A stretch of 64,000 bases of DNA from Escherichia coli. GTDB taxonomy: Bacteria; Pseudomonadota; Gammaproteobacteria; Enterobacterales; Enterobacteriaceae. Below are positions 40,885-54,988 of this stretch, in pieces (position 1 is the first letter of the stretch; each line of letters starts with the position of its first letter). The DNA lies in assembly GCF_036507355.1 (NCBI RefSeq), contig NZ_AP027877.1; one strand, written 5' to 3'. Made by a program: the position numbers and the translations under genes. The notes under the pieces are model-generated. The model saw nothing but the letters and a program-made list of their open reading frames with translations. It ran no database searches and had not been told where the DNA came from.

Positions 40885-43071
40885 ATGTCCGATCGTATCG
40901 ATAGAGACGTGATTAACGCGCTAATTGCAGGCCATTTTGCGGATCCTTTTTCCGTACTGGGAATGCATAAAACCACCGCGGGACTGGAAGTCCGTGCCCT
41001 TTTACCCGACGCTACCGATGTGTGGGTGATTGAACCGAAAACCGGGCGCAAACTCGCAAAACTGGAGTGTCTCGACTCACGGGGATTCTTTAGCGGCGTC
41101 ATTCCGCGACGTAAGAATTTTTTCCGCTATCAGTTGGCTGTTGTCTGGCATGGTCAGCAAAACCTGATTGATGATCCTTACCGTTTTGGTCCGCTAATCC
41201 AGGAAATGGATGCCTGGCTATTATCTGAAGGTACTCACCTGCGCCCGTATGAAACCTTAGGCGCGCATTCAGATACTATGGATGGCGTCACAGGTACGCG
41301 TTTCTCTGTCTGGGCTCCAAACGCCCGTCGGGTCTCGGTGGTTGGGCAATTCAACTACTGGGACGGTCGCCGTCACCCGATGCGCCTGCGTAAAGAGAGC
41401 GGCATCTGGGAACTGTTTATCCCTGGGGCGCATAACGGTCAGCTCTATAAATACGAGATGATTGATGCCAATGGCAACTTGCGTCTGAAGTCCGACCCTT
41501 ATGCCTTCGAAGCGCAAATGCGCCCGGAAACCGCGTCTCTTATTTGCGGGCTGCCGGAAAAGGTTGTACAGACTGAAGAGCGCAAAAAAGCGAATCAGTT
41601 TGATGCGCCAATCTCTATATATGAAGTTCACCTGGGCTCCTGGCGTCGCCACACCGACAACAATTTCTGGTTGAGCTACCGCGAGCTGGCCGATCAACTG
41701 GTGCCTTATGCTAAATGGATGGGCTTTACTCACCTCGAACTACTGCCCGTTAACGAGCATCCCTTCGATGGCAGTTGGGGTTATCAGCCAACCGGCCTGT
41801 ATGCACCGACCCGCCGTTTTGGTACTCGCGACGACTTCCGTTATTTCATTGATGCCGCACACGCAGCTGGTCTGAACGTGATTCTCGACTGGGTGCCAGG
41901 TCACTTCCCGACTGATGACTTTGCGCTTGCCGAATTTGATGGCACGAACTTGTATGAACACAGCGATCCGCGTGAAGGCTATCATCAGGACTGGAACACG
42001 CTGATCTACAACTATGGTCGCCGTGAAGTCAGTAACTTCCTTGTCGGTAACGCGCTTTACTGGATTGAACGTTTTGGTATTGATGCGCTGCGCGTCGATG
42101 CGGTGGCGTCGATGATTTATCGTGACTACAGCCGTAAAGAGGGGGAGTGGATCCCGAACGAATTTGGCGGGCGCGAGAATCTTGAAGCGATTGAATTCTT
42201 GCGTAATACCAACCGTATTCTTGGTGAGCAGGTTTCCGGTGCGGTGACAATGGCTGAGGAGTCTACCGATTTCCCTGGCGTTTCTCGTCCGCAGGATATG
42301 GGCGGTCTGGGCTTCTGGTACAAGTGGAACCTCGGCTGGATGCATGACACCCTGGACTACATGAAGCTCGACCCGGTTTATCGTCAGTATCATCACGATA
42401 AACTGACTTTTGGGATGCTCTACAACTACACTGAAAACTTCGTCCTGCCGTTGTCGCATGATGAAGTGGTCCACGGTAAAAAATCGATTCTCGACCGGAT
42501 GCCGGGCGACGCATGGCAGAAATTCGCTAACCTGCGCGCCTACTATGGCTGGATGTGGGCATTCCCGGGCAAGAAACTGCTGTTCATGGGGAACGAATTT
42601 GCCCAGGGCCGCGAGTGGAACCATGACGCCAGCCTCGACTGGCATCTGTTGGAAGGCGGCGATAACTGGCACCACGGTGTCCAGCGTCTGGTGCGCGATC
42701 TGAACCTCACCTACCGCCACCATAAAGCGATGCATGAACTGGATTTTGACCCGTACGGCTTTGAATGGCTGGTGGTGGATGACAAAGAACGCTCGGTGCT
42801 TATCTTTGTGCGTCGCGATAAAGAGGGTAACGAAATCATCGTTGCCAGTAACTTTACGCCGGTGCCGCGTCATGATTATCGCTTCGGCATTAATCAGCCG
42901 GGCAAATGGCGTGAGATCCTCAATACCGATTCCATGCACTATCACGGCAGTAATGCAGGCAATGGCGGCACGGTACACAGCGATGAGATTGCCAGCCACG
43001 GTCGTCAGCATTCACTAAGCCTGACGCTACCACCGCTGGCCACTATCTGGCTGGTTCGGGAGGCAGAATGA
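40885..43071 (+). CDS. glgB: 1,4-alpha-glucan branching enzyme GlgB (728 aa)
   Basis: 728 aa; GH13 family. Confidence 0.97.
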   Translation: MSDRIDRDVINALIAGHFADPFSVLGMHKTTAGLEVRALLPDATDVWVIEPKTGRKLAKLECLDSRGFFSGVIPRRKNFFRYQLAVVWHGQQNLIDDPYRFGPLIQEMDAWLLSEGTHLRPYETLGAHSDTMDGVTGTRFSVWAPNARRVSVVGQFNYWDGRRHPMRLRKESGIWELFIPGAHNGQLYKYEMIDANGNLRLKSDPYAFEAQMRPETASLICGLPEKVVQTEERKKANQFDAPISIYEVHLGSWRRHTDNNFWLSYRELADQLVPYAKWMGFTHLELLPVNEHPFDGSWGYQPTGLYAPTRRFGTRDDFRYFIDAAHAAGLNVILDWVPGHFPTDDFALAEFDGTNLYEHSDPREGYHQDWNTLIYNYGRREVSNFLVGNALYWIERFGIDALRVDAVASMIYRDYSRKEGEWIPNEFGGRENLEAIEFLRNTNRILGEQVSGAVTMAEESTDFPGVSRPQDMGGLGFWYKWNLGWMHDTLDYMKLDPVYRQYHHDKLTFGMLYNYTENFVLPLSHDEVVHGKKSILDRMPGDAWQKFANLRAYYGWMWAFPGKKLLFMGNEFAQGREWNHDASLDWHLLEGGDNWHHGVQRLVRDLNLTYRHHKAMHELDFDPYGFEWLVVDDKERSVLIFVRRDKEGNEIIVASNFTPVPRHDYRFGINQPGKWREILNTDSMHYHGSNAGNGGTVHSDEIASHGRQHSLSLTLPPLATIWLVREAE

Positions 43072-45041
43072 CACAACTCGCCATTGGCAAACCCACTCCC
43101 CTCGGCGCGCATTACGACGGTCAGGGCGTCAACTTCACACTTTTCTCCGCTCATGCCGAGCGGGTAGAGCTGTGTGTCTTTGACGCCAATGGCCAGGAAC
43201 ATCGCTATGACTTGCCAGGGCACAGTGGCGACATTTGGCACGGTTATCTGCCGGATGCGCGCCCGGGTTTGCGTTATGGTTATCGCGTTCATGGCCCCTG
43301 GCAACCCGCCGAGGGGCATCGCTTTAACCCGGCGAAGTTGTTGATTGATCCTTGCGCGCGGCAAATTGACGGGGAATTTAAAGATAACCCGCTGCTGCAC
43401 GCCGGTCATAATGAACCTGACTATCGCGACAACGCCGCCATTGCGCCGAAATGCGTAGTGGTGGTTGATCACTATGACTGGGAAGATGATGCTCCGCCGC
43501 GCACGCCGTGGGGCAGCACCATCATTTATGAAGCCCATGTCAAAGGATTAACGTACCTGCACCCGGAGATCCCGGTCGAGATCCGTGGCACTTATAAAGC
43601 CCTCGGGCATCCAGTGATGATCAACTATTTGAAACAGTTGGGCATTACCGCGCTGGAACTGCTGCCGGTGGCGCAGTTTGCCAGTGAACCACGTCTGCAA
43701 CGCATGGGACTAAGTAACTACTGGGGTTACAACCCGGTGGCGATGTTTGCGCTGCATCCGGCGTATGCCTGCTCGCCAGAAACGGCGCTGGATGAGTTTC
43801 GCGATGCAATCAAAGCACTGCATAAAGCGGGTATCGAAGTCATTCTTGATATCGTGCTCAACCATAGTGCGGAACTGGACCTCGACGGCCCGTTATTCTC
43901 GCTGCGTGGGATCGACAACCGTAGCTATTATTGGATAAGAGAAGACGGCGATTATCACAACTGGACCGGTTGTGGCAACACGCTCAATTTGAGTCACCCG
44001 GCGGTGGTGGATTATGCCAGCGCCTGCCTGCGTTATTGGGTAGAAACCTGCCACGTCGATGGTTTCCGCTTTGATCTGGCGGCAGTCATGGGCCGTACGC
44101 CAGAGTTCCGTCAGGATGCGCCGTTGTTTACCGCTATCCAGAACTGCCCGGTGCTCTCGCAGGTGAAGTTAATTGCTGAACCGTGGGATATCGCTCCTGG
44201 TGGTTATCAGGTGGGAAATTTCCCGCCGCTGTTTGCCGAGTGGAACGATCATTTCCGCGATGCTGCCCGTCGTTTCTGGCTGCATTATGATTTGCCTCTG
44301 GGGGCGTTTGCCGGGCGTTTTGCTGCCTCCAGCGATGTTTTTAAACGTAATGGTCGTCTGCCGAGTGCCGCGATTAATCTCGTCACCGCGCATGACGGTT
44401 TTACGCTTCGCGACTGCGTTTGTTTCAACCATAAACACAATGAAGCAAACGGAGAAGAAAATCGCGACGGGACCAACAACAATTACAGTAACAATCATGG
44501 TAAAGAAGGGTTAGGCGGTTCTCTTGACCTGGTTGAACGGCGGCGCGACAGCATTCATGCCCTGTTAACAACGTTGTTGCTCTCCCAGGGTACGCCGATG
44601 TTACTGGCCGGTGACGAACATGGTCACAGCCAGCATGGCAATAACAATGCCTACTGTCAGGATAACCAATTAACCTGGTTGGACTGGTCGCAGGCAAGCA
44701 GTGGTTTAACCGCATTTACCGCCGCGTTAATCCATCTGCGCAAGCGTATTCCCGCTTTGGTGGAGAATCGCTGGTGGGAAGAAGGCGACGGCAATGTCCG
44801 TTGGCTAAATCGATATGCTCAACCCTTAAGCACGGATGAGTGGCAAAACGGGCCGAAACAGCTGCAAATTCTGCTCTCGGATCGCTTTTTGATCGCAATT
44901 AACGCCACGCTTGAGGTAACAGAGATTGTTTTACCTGCTGGGGAGTGGCACGCCATTCCCCCATTCGCTGGAGAGGATAACCCAGTGATTACGGCTGTCT
45001 GGCAGGGACCTGCACACGGATTGTGTGTGTTCCAGAGATGA
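43068..45041 (+). CDS. glgX: Glycogen debranching enzyme GlgX (657 aa)
   Basis: 657 aa; overlaps the glgB stop. Confidence 0.97.
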
Positions 45042-45058
45042 TAAAAAAGGAGTTAGTC

Positions 45059-46354
45059 ATGGTTAGTTTAGAGAAGAACGATCACTTAATGTTGGCGCGC
45101 CAGCTGCCATTGAAATCTGTTGCCCTGATACTGGCGGGAGGACGTGGTACCCGCCTGAAGGATTTAACCAATAAGCGAGCAAAACCGGCCGTACACTTCG
45201 GCGGTAAGTTCCGCATTATCGACTTTGCGCTGTCTAACTGCATCAACTCCGGGATCCGTCGTATGGGCGTGATCACCCAGTACCAGTCTCACACTCTGGT
45301 GCAGCACATTCAGCGCGGCTGGTCATTCTTCAATGAAGAAATGAACGAGTTTGTCGATCTGCTGCCAGCGCAGCAGAGAATGAAAGGGGAAAACTGGTAT
45401 CGCGGCACCGCAGATGCTGTCACCCAAAACCTCGACATTATCCGTCGTTATAAAGCGGAATACGTGGTGATCCTGGCGGGCGACCATATCTACAAGCAAG
45501 ACTACTCGCGTATGCTTATCGATCACGTCGAAAAAGGCGCACGTTGCACCGTTGCTTGTATGCCAGTACCGATTGAAGAAGCCTCCGCATTTGGCGTTAT
45601 GGCGGTTGATGAGAACGATAAAATTATCGAATTCGTTGAAAAACCTGCTAACCCACCGTCAATGCCGAACGATCCGAGCAAATCTCTGGCGAGTATGGGT
45701 ATCTACGTCTTTGACGCCGACTATCTGTATGAACTGCTGGAAGAAGACGATCGCGATGAGAACTCCAGCCATGACTTTGGCAAAGATTTGATTCCCAAGA
45801 TCACCGAAGCCGGTCTGGCCTATGCGCACCCGTTTCCGCTCTCTTGCGTACAATCCGACCCGGATGCCGAGCCGTACTGGCGCGATGTGGGTACGCTGGA
45901 AGCTTACTGGAAAGCGAACCTCGATCTGGCCTCTGTGGTGCCGGAGCTGGATATGTACGATCGCAATTGGCCAATTCGCACCTACAATGAATCATTACCG
46001 CCAGCGAAATTCGTGCAGGATCGCTCCGGTAGCCACGGGATGACCCTTAACTCACTGGTTTCCGGCGGTTGTGTGATCTCCGGTTCGGTGGTGGTGCAGT
46101 CCGTTCTGTTCTCGCGCGTTCGCGTGAATTCATTCTGCAACATTGATTCCGCCGTATTGTTACCGGAAGTATGGGTAGGTCGCTCGTGCCGTCTGCGCCG
46201 CTGCGTCATTGATCGTGCTTGTGTTATTCCGGAAGGCATGGTGATTGGTGAAAACGCAGAGGAAGATGCACGTCGTTTCTATCGTTCAGAAGAAGGCATC
46301 GTGCTGGTAACGCGCGAAATGCTACGGAAGTTAGGGCATAAACAGGAGCGATAA
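45059..46354 (+). CDS. glgC: Glucose-1-phosphate adenylyltransferase GlgC (431 aa)
   Basis: ORF 45023..46354 trimmed to [33 protein letters not shown]. Confidence 0.95.
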
Positions 46355-47787
46355 TGCAGGTTTTACATGTATGTTCAGAGATGTTCCCGCTGCTTAAAAC
46401 CGGCGGTCTGGCTGATGTTATTGGGGCATTACCCGCAGCACAAATCGCAGACGGCGTTGACGCTCGCGTACTGTTGCCTGCATTTCCCGATATTCGCCGT
46501 GGCGTGACCGATGCGCAGGTAGTATCCCGTCGTGATACCTTCGCCGGGCATATCACGCTGTTGTTCGGTCATTACAACGGGGTTGGCATATACCTGATTG
46601 ACGCGCCGCATCTCTATGATCGTCCGGGAAGCCCGTATCACGATACCAACTTATTTGCCTATACCGACAACGTATTGCGTTTTGCGCTACTGGGGTGGGT
46701 TGGGGCAGAAATGGCCAGTGGGCTTGACCCATTCTGGCGTCCTGATGTGGTGCATGCGCACGACTGGCATGCAGGCCTTGCGCCTGCGTATCTGGCGGCG
46801 CGCGGGCGTCCGGCGAAGTCGGTGTTTACTGTGCACAACCTGGCCTATCAAGGCATGTTTTATGCACATCACATGAATGACATCCAATTGCCATGGTCAT
46901 TCTTTAATATTCATGGGCTGGAATTCAACGGACAAATCTCTTTCCTGAAGGCCGGTCTGTACTATGCCGATCACATTACGGCGGTCAGTCCAACCTACGC
47001 TCGCGAGATCACCGAACCGCAGTTTGCCTACGGTATGGAAGGTCTGTTGCAACAGCGTCACCGTGAAGGGCGTCTTTCCGGCGTACTGAACGGCGTGGAC
47101 GAGAAAATCTGGAGTCCAGAGACGGACTTACTATTGGCCTCGCGTTACACCCGCGATACGTTGGAAGATAAAGCGGAAAATAAGCGCCAGTTACAAATCG
47201 CAATGGGGCTTAAGGTTGACGATAAAGTGCCGCTTTTTGCAGTGGTGAGCCGTCTGACCAGCCAGAAAGGCCTCGACCTGGTGCTGGAGGCCTTACCGGG
47301 TCTTCTGGAGCAGGGCGGGCAGCTGGCGCTACTCGGCGCGGGCGATCCGGTGCTGCAGGAAGGTTTCCTTGCGGCGGCAGCGGAATACCCCGGCCAGGTG
47401 GGCGTTCAGATTGGCTATCACGAAGCATTTTCGCATCGCATTATGGGCGGTGCGGACGTCATTCTGGTGCCCAGCCGTTTTGAACCGTGCGGCTTAACGC
47501 AACTTTATGGATTGAAGTACGGTACGCTGCCGTTAGTGCGGCGCACCGGTGGGCTTGCTGATACGGTTTCTGACTGTTCTCTTGAGAACCTTGCAGATGG
47601 CGTCGCCAGTGGGTTTGTCTTTGAAGATAGTAATGCCTGGTCGCTGTTACGGGCTATTCGACGTGCTTTTGTACTGTGGTCCCGTCCTTCACTGTGGCGG
47701 TTTGTGCAACGTCAGGCTATGGCAATGGATTTTAGCTGGCAGGTCGCGGCGAAGTCGTACCGTGAGCTTTACTATCGCTTGAAATAG
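46354..47787 (+). CDS. glgA: Glycogen synthase GlgA (477 aa)
   Basis: [22 protein letters not shown]. Confidence 0.97.
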
Positions 47788-50253
<2,466 letters not shown>

Positions 50254-50270
50254 TTTCACCAATAAATAGA

Positions 50271-50298
50271 ACGGGGCCAAAGGGTCCCGTTTTTTTTC
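50271..50298 (+). terminator. Rho-independent terminator after glgP
   Basis: Hairpin acggggcc-aaag-ggtcccgt then tttttttt. Confidence 0.75.
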
Positions 50299-50369
50299 GC
50301 CATCATTTCGGAAAAGTGTCCAGAAGGGGCAAGGGGACTCGGGGAGTATAATTTCGCCATTCAGAAAGA

Positions 50370-51887
50370 ATGGAAAGAATAATGCAAAACAGAAAATGGA
50401 TTTTGTCCTCGCTGGTAATGACTTTTTTCGGCATCCCCATACTGACGCAATTTTTGGCGGCGGTTGTTGCTATGCTGGGTGTCGGACTTGCCGGTATTAT
50501 TGAAGTTTGTAATATCCTTATCACGCCAACAATTTACCTTCTGCTCAACATTTTTATGCTGGCGCTGGGCGCATTAATGCTATTTTTCTCGGGGCGAGTA
50601 TGGGCAGGCGATAGTGCACCAGAAAAAAGAGAAATAGCCGTCTGGCGGCAATGCTTTTTTCTCTTACCCGCGCTATTAACCCTGGTTGGCTGGATAATCA
50701 CGCTACATCTGGCAGATTATCAATTTCGCCAGATGGGAGCTGGTTGGTTGGCAAACCTTATGCTTCCCTGGTTGGGCGTTTTTTTAGTCTCATTAGTGGG
50801 TGGTGAGTACTGGTGGATGGTCATTATTCCCGTTGGGGCGCATATCAGTTTTTCGCTGGGATACGCCTGGCCGACCAGATATCCTTTATCCGGCACGTCC
50901 GGACTACGTTGCCGTAACTTACTCCTGTTTCTACTTCTCTTACTTGGTATTGTCGCCGGGTATCAGGCCCATTTATATAAGCAGCAAAATCCTGGTGTCG
51001 GTGTACGCGAAAATATTGATATCTGGGCCTGGCGACCCGATAAACTCAATAATCGACTGACGCCGCTGCGTGGCAAACCGCAAATTCAGTTTAGGCAAAA
51101 CTGGCCGCGAATCGATGGCGCCACGGCTGCGTACCCAATTTATGCTTCTGCATTTTATGCATTAAGCGTAATACCAGAGGATTTTCACGTTTGGGATTAT
51201 CTGGAAAACTCTCGTACGCCAGAAGCATATAACAAAATCGTTAAGGGCGATGCTGATATTATTTTCGTGGCGCAACCTTCTGGTGGGCAAAAAAAACGTG
51301 CAAAGGAATCTGGTGTCACTTTGCTGTACACCCCCTTTGCCCGTGAAGCATTCGTTTTCATCGTCAATGCGGATAATCCGGTTAATTCCCTGACTGAACA
51401 ACAGGTGCGTGACATTTTCAGTGGTGCAATTACCAATTGGCGTACTGTTGGCGGTAACGATCAGGAGATCCAGACCTGGCAGCGCCCGGAAGACTCTGGC
51501 AGCCAGACAGTGATGCAATCACAGGTCATGAAAAATGTCCGCATGATCTCGCCGCAGGAAACGGAAGTGGCAAGCGTGATGGAGGGAATGATTAAAGTCG
51601 TTGCCGAATACCGTAATACAAACAACGCAATAGGCTATACCTTCCGCTATTACGCGACGCAAATGAATGCTGATAAAAATATAAAATTGCTAGCGATTAA
51701 CGATATTACACCGACGGCGGAAAACATTCGCAACGGCAAATATGCGTACATCGTCGATGCATTTATGGTAACGAGGGAAAATACGACGTCAGAGACACAA
51801 AAATTGGTGGAATGGTTTTTAACGCCGCAGGGGCAGAGTTTGGTGGAAGATGTGGGATATGTGCCGATGTATCCAACAATGGAATAA
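50370..51887 (+). CDS. Polytopic membrane domain fused to a PstS-like (PBP_like_2) substrate-binding domain (505 aa)
   Basis: About 200 aa with ~6 hydrophobic helices, then GATAAYPIYASAFYAL...SGSQTVM...IGYTFRYYA, which resembles PstS motifs. Confidence 0.7.
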   Translation: MERIMQNRKWILSSLVMTFFGIPILTQFLAAVVAMLGVGLAGIIEVCNILITPTIYLLLNIFMLALGALMLFFSGRVWAGDSAPEKREIAVWRQCFFLLPALLTLVGWIITLHLADYQFRQMGAGWLANLMLPWLGVFLVSLVGGEYWWMVIIPVGAHISFSLGYAWPTRYPLSGTSGLRCRNLLLFLLLLLGIVAGYQAHLYKQQNPGVGVRENIDIWAWRPDKLNNRLTPLRGKPQIQFRQNWPRIDGATAAYPIYASAFYALSVIPEDFHVWDYLENSRTPEAYNKIVKGDADIIFVAQPSGGQKKRAKESGVTLLYTPFAREAFVFIVNADNPVNSLTEQQVRDIFSGAITNWRTVGGNDQEIQTWQRPEDSGSQTVMQSQVMKNVRMISPQETEVASVMEGMIKVVAEYRNTNNAIGYTFRYYATQMNADKNIKLLAINDITPTAENIRNGKYAYIVDAFMVTRENTTSETQKLVEWFLTPQGQSLVEDVGYVPMYPTME

Positions 51888-52905
51888 CGCTCGAGAGAAA
51901 GGAATCAGCGAGACGAATAAATTCACCGGTGTTTTACTATTAGGCACGGCGTTACTGGCGGGATGTGTCGACCGGGAAGGGTACTATAACAGCGTCAGGG
52001 AAGAAGAGAGCCATGGACTGACGTCTCTGCGGGGGCAACCTGCATTACGTTACAGCGATGATTGGTCAAGATGGCCGAGAGTGTACGGCGCTACAGCCTT
52101 ATACCCGCTGTATGCCTCCGCGTATTATAAATTAGTACCCGAGCCAAAAGATAAGGATCGAACCTCGCTGGCCTGGCAGGCGTATGGTTTGCAGCAAACC
52201 CGAACAGCTGAAGCCTACGATAGTCTGATTAAAGGTTCCGCGACGGTTATTTTTGTTGCACAACCGTCGGAAGGACAGAAAAAACGTGCAGAAGAAGCGG
52301 GTGTTAAACTGAAATATACCGCTTTCGCCCGCGAAGCCTTTGTCTTTATCGTTGATATTAATAACCCGGTAAATTCTCTCTCTGAGCACCAGGTTAAAGA
52401 TATTTTTAGCGGCAAAACTAGCCGCTGGAATAAAGTAGGTGGTAGTGACGAACATATAAAAGTCTGGCAGCGCCCTGAAGATTCTGGAAGCCAAACGATT
52501 ATGAAGGGGTTGGTTATGCAAGACACCCCAATGCTGCCAGCTAAAAAATCCACTGTGATTGATCTTATGGGCGGTTTAATTACTGAAGTTGCCGACTATC
52601 AAAACACGCCATCTTCCATTGGGTACACCTTCCACTATTACGTCACTCGTATGAATGACAATATGCTCAAAATGCGCAAGCAGATTAAACTTTTGGCTAT
52701 AAATGGCGTTGCGCCTACCGAGGAAAATATCCGCAACGGCACTTATCCATACATTGTGGATGCCTATATGGTGACGCGTGAAAATCCCACGCCGGAAACG
52801 CAGAAATTTGTTGACTGGTTTATAAGTCAGCAGGGGCAACAGTTGGTAGAGGATGTGGGGTATGTGCCGCTGTATGAAGCATCCCCCGAATCATCAGGAC
52901 AATAA
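51850..52905 (+). CDS. PstS-like substrate-binding lipoprotein, paralog of the upstream gene's C-terminal domain (351 aa; start uncertain)
   Basis: Lipobox LLAGC; domain collinear with the 505-aa protein; start overlaps the upstream gene by 38 nt. Confidence 0.7.
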   Translation: MWDMCRCIQQWNNAREKGISETNKFTGVLLLGTALLAGCVDREGYYNSVREEESHGLTSLRGQPALRYSDDWSRWPRVYGATALYPLYASAYYKLVPEPKDKDRTSLAWQAYGLQQTRTAEAYDSLIKGSATVIFVAQPSEGQKKRAEEAGVKLKYTAFAREAFVFIVDINNPVNSLSEHQVKDIFSGKTSRWNKVGGSDEHIKVWQRPEDSGSQTIMKGLVMQDTPMLPAKKSTVIDLMGGLITEVADYQNTPSSIGYTFHYYVTRMNDNMLKMRKQIKLLAINGVAPTEENIRNGTYPYIVDAYMVTRENPTPETQKFVDWFISQQGQQLVEDVGYVPLYEASPESSGQ

Positions 52906-53442
52906 TGATGAATATAATCAGACTTTATATTTATCCGTTATTTCTCGGCTTTGTTATTGTGCCGTTGTTGGTGTGGCCGATGGTGGTTGCGCTGGCTGCT
53001 TGTATTATCACGCTGAGTTTTCTGGGGGAAATGCTGTTCTCAATCCCGCTCATGATCAGGCGTATTTCACTTCTGCAATTACAACTTTGGTTATCGGCTG
53101 AATATGCGCTTTTCTTCTGTGTAATGTGTTGCGTTGGTTGGCAATTTACTCGTAGAACTCAATCTGAATTGAAAAGCAGGCTCCATTGTTGGTTGGTATT
53201 CGCACCGGTCTATTTATGGTTGATCCTCTGGAATATCATTTTTTACATCGCGCCAGCGAAAATTGCGTTGCTGGAAAGTATCCGCAATTTCTTTCTGCTT
53301 GTTGTCTGGCTACCCCTGAATTTTTCGCCATTTTGGCCTCAGCCGTGGACGGATTTTATCGGTCCAATAAGCGCACAGTGAGGTAGCCTGAGTTTAACGG
53401 ACACTCCTTCCTGAAATAGAATGGCATCAGAAGGAGCTAATA

Positions 53443-53745
53443 ATGAGCAGAAAAACCCAACGTTACTCTAAAGAGTTCAAAGCCGAAGCTGTCAGAACGG
53501 TTCTTGAAAATCAACTTTCGATCAGTGAAGGCGCTTCCCGATTATCTCTTCCTGAAGGCACTTTAGGACAATGGGTTACCGCCGCCAGAAAAGGGCTCGG
53601 TACTCCTGGTTCCCGCACGGTGGCTGAACTGGAATCTGAAATTCTGCAACTGCGTAAGGCGTTAAATGAAGCTCGCCTTGAGCGAGATATATTAAAAAAA
53701 GCAACAGCGTATTTTGCACAGGAGTCGCTGAAAAATACGCGTTAA
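53443..53745 (+). CDS. IS3-family transposase OrfA (HTH, 100 aa)
   Basis: MSRKTQRYSKEFKAEAVRTV...; typical IS3 OrfA with leucine zipper. Confidence 0.85.
   Translation: MSRKTQRYSKEFKAEAVRTVLENQLSISEGASRLSLPEGTLGQWVTAARKGLGTPGSRTVAELESEILQLRKALNEARLERDILKKATAYFAQESLKNTR
53694..53701 (+). promoter_or_regulatory. Probable -1 programmed frameshift site (A6G) for the OrfAB transposase
   Basis: aaaaaaag near the 3-prime end of orfA, upstream of the orfB frame. Confidence 0.55.
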
Positions 53746-53780
53746 TCGAACAATGGCGACAACAATTTCCCATTGAAGCG

Positions 53781-54599
53781 ATGTGTCAGGTATTTGGTGT
53801 ATCCAGGAGCGGTTATTACAACTGGGTACAGCATGAACCCTCAGACAGAAAACAAAGTGATGAGCGGCTAAAACTGGAGATTAAGGTGGCACATATCCGC
53901 ACTCGCGAAACATATGGAACCCGGCGGCTCCAGACGGAGCTGGCAGAGAATGGCATCATCGTTGGTCGTGACCGACTGGCACGTCTTCGTAAGGAGCTAA
54001 GGCTACGCTGTAAGCAGAAACGCAAGTTCAGAGCGACTACGAACTCGAACCACAATCTGCCAGTTGCGCCAAATCTGCTGAACCAGACGTTCGCTCCTAC
54101 AGCACCAAATCAGGTCTGGGTGGCGGACCTGACGTATGTTGCCACACAGGAGGGATGGTTGTACCTCGCTGGCATCAAAGATGTTTATACGTGCGAAATT
54201 GTCGGCTACGCCATGGGAGAGCGCATGACAAAAGAGCTGACAGGTAAAGCCCTGTTTATGGCGCTCAGGAGCCAGCGCCCACCTGCCGGGCTAATCCACC
54301 ACTCTGATCGAGGTTCACAGTACTGCGCATACGATTACCGGGTCATACAGGAGCAGTTTGGTCTGAAAACATCAATGTCGCGTAAAGGTAACTGTTACGA
54401 CAACGCTCCGATGGAAAGCTTCTGGGGAACGCTGAAAAATGAGAGCCTGAGCCACTATCGTTTTAATAACCGGGATGAAGCCATCTCAGTAATACGGGAA
54501 TACATTGAGATTTTCTACAATCGTCAGCGTCGTCACTCTCGTCTGGGGAATATCTCCCCGGCAGCCTTCAGGGAAAAATATCATCAGATGGCTGCTTAA
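53781..54599 (+). CDS. IS3-family transposase OrfB (DDE integrase core); the true N-terminus is probably fused to OrfA by frameshifting
   Basis: 272-aa ORF with an rve-type integrase core. Confidence 0.85.
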   Translation: MCQVFGVSRSGYYNWVQHEPSDRKQSDERLKLEIKVAHIRTRETYGTRRLQTELAENGIIVGRDRLARLRKELRLRCKQKRKFRATTNSNHNLPVAPNLLNQTFAPTAPNQVWVADLTYVATQEGWLYLAGIKDVYTCEIVGYAMGERMTKELTGKALFMALRSQRPPAGLIHHSDRGSQYCAYDYRVIQEQFGLKTSMSRKGNCYDNAPMESFWGTLKNESLSHYRFNNRDEAISVIREYIEIFYNRQRRHSRLGNISPAAFREKYHQMAA

Positions 54600-54827
54600 A
54601 AAAAGAACAAATGGTAGTGTCCGCTATTGCCAGTACACCTCACAGCTTGGTTTTGCGTTGGGATATTATTGCCAGTGGCGCAGCAAAAATAGATGCCAGA
54701 TACGGAAGTGGAGTGAGTGGGGAACGTGCTTAAGTTTTGTTACGTTGGGTATGATGGCGTGGGCTTTGCGGTAATTCCCTGAATCAAAAAGTAGGTCAGA
54801 TTGTTGACAACGTGGCACTTTGTTCAT

Positions 54828-54930
54828 GCCTGATGCGGCGTGAATGCCTTCTCAGGCCTACAAAATCATGCAAATTCAATATATTGCATAAACCACGTAG
54901 GCCTGATAAGCGTAGCGCATCAGGCAATTT
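54828..54930. repeat. REP pair downstream of glpD
   Basis: gcctgatgcggcgtgaatgccttctcaggccta and gtaggcctgataagcgtagcgcatcaggca. Confidence 0.7.
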
Positions 54931-54988
54931 TGTGTTTGTCATCAGTCTCAGGCCAGATTGAAATCTGACCTGATCACCTTACGTTAAT

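Larger units (their letters stand above)
53379..54642 (+). mobile_element. IS3-family insertion sequence, IS600-like (1264 bp)
   Basis: Imperfect terminal inverted repeats (tgaggtagcctgagtttaacggacactcc ... ggtagtgtccgctattgccagtacacctca), 3-bp direct repeat CAG on both flanks, orfA plus orfB arrangement. Confidence 0.85.
52905..54774 (+). pseudogene. About 200-aa membrane protein gene interrupted by an IS3-family insertion
   Basis: ORF 52905..53381 stops on the TGA that begins the IS; the reading frame resumes in phase after the element (codons ending 54774); ATGA overlap with the upstream PstS-like gene. Confidence 0.65.

Noticed and set aside
41740-43011. 423-aa ORF on the minus strand
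   Set aside because: Entirely antisense to glgB, which has a strong recognisable product; a long stop-free antisense frame of a highly expressed gene, with no independent support.
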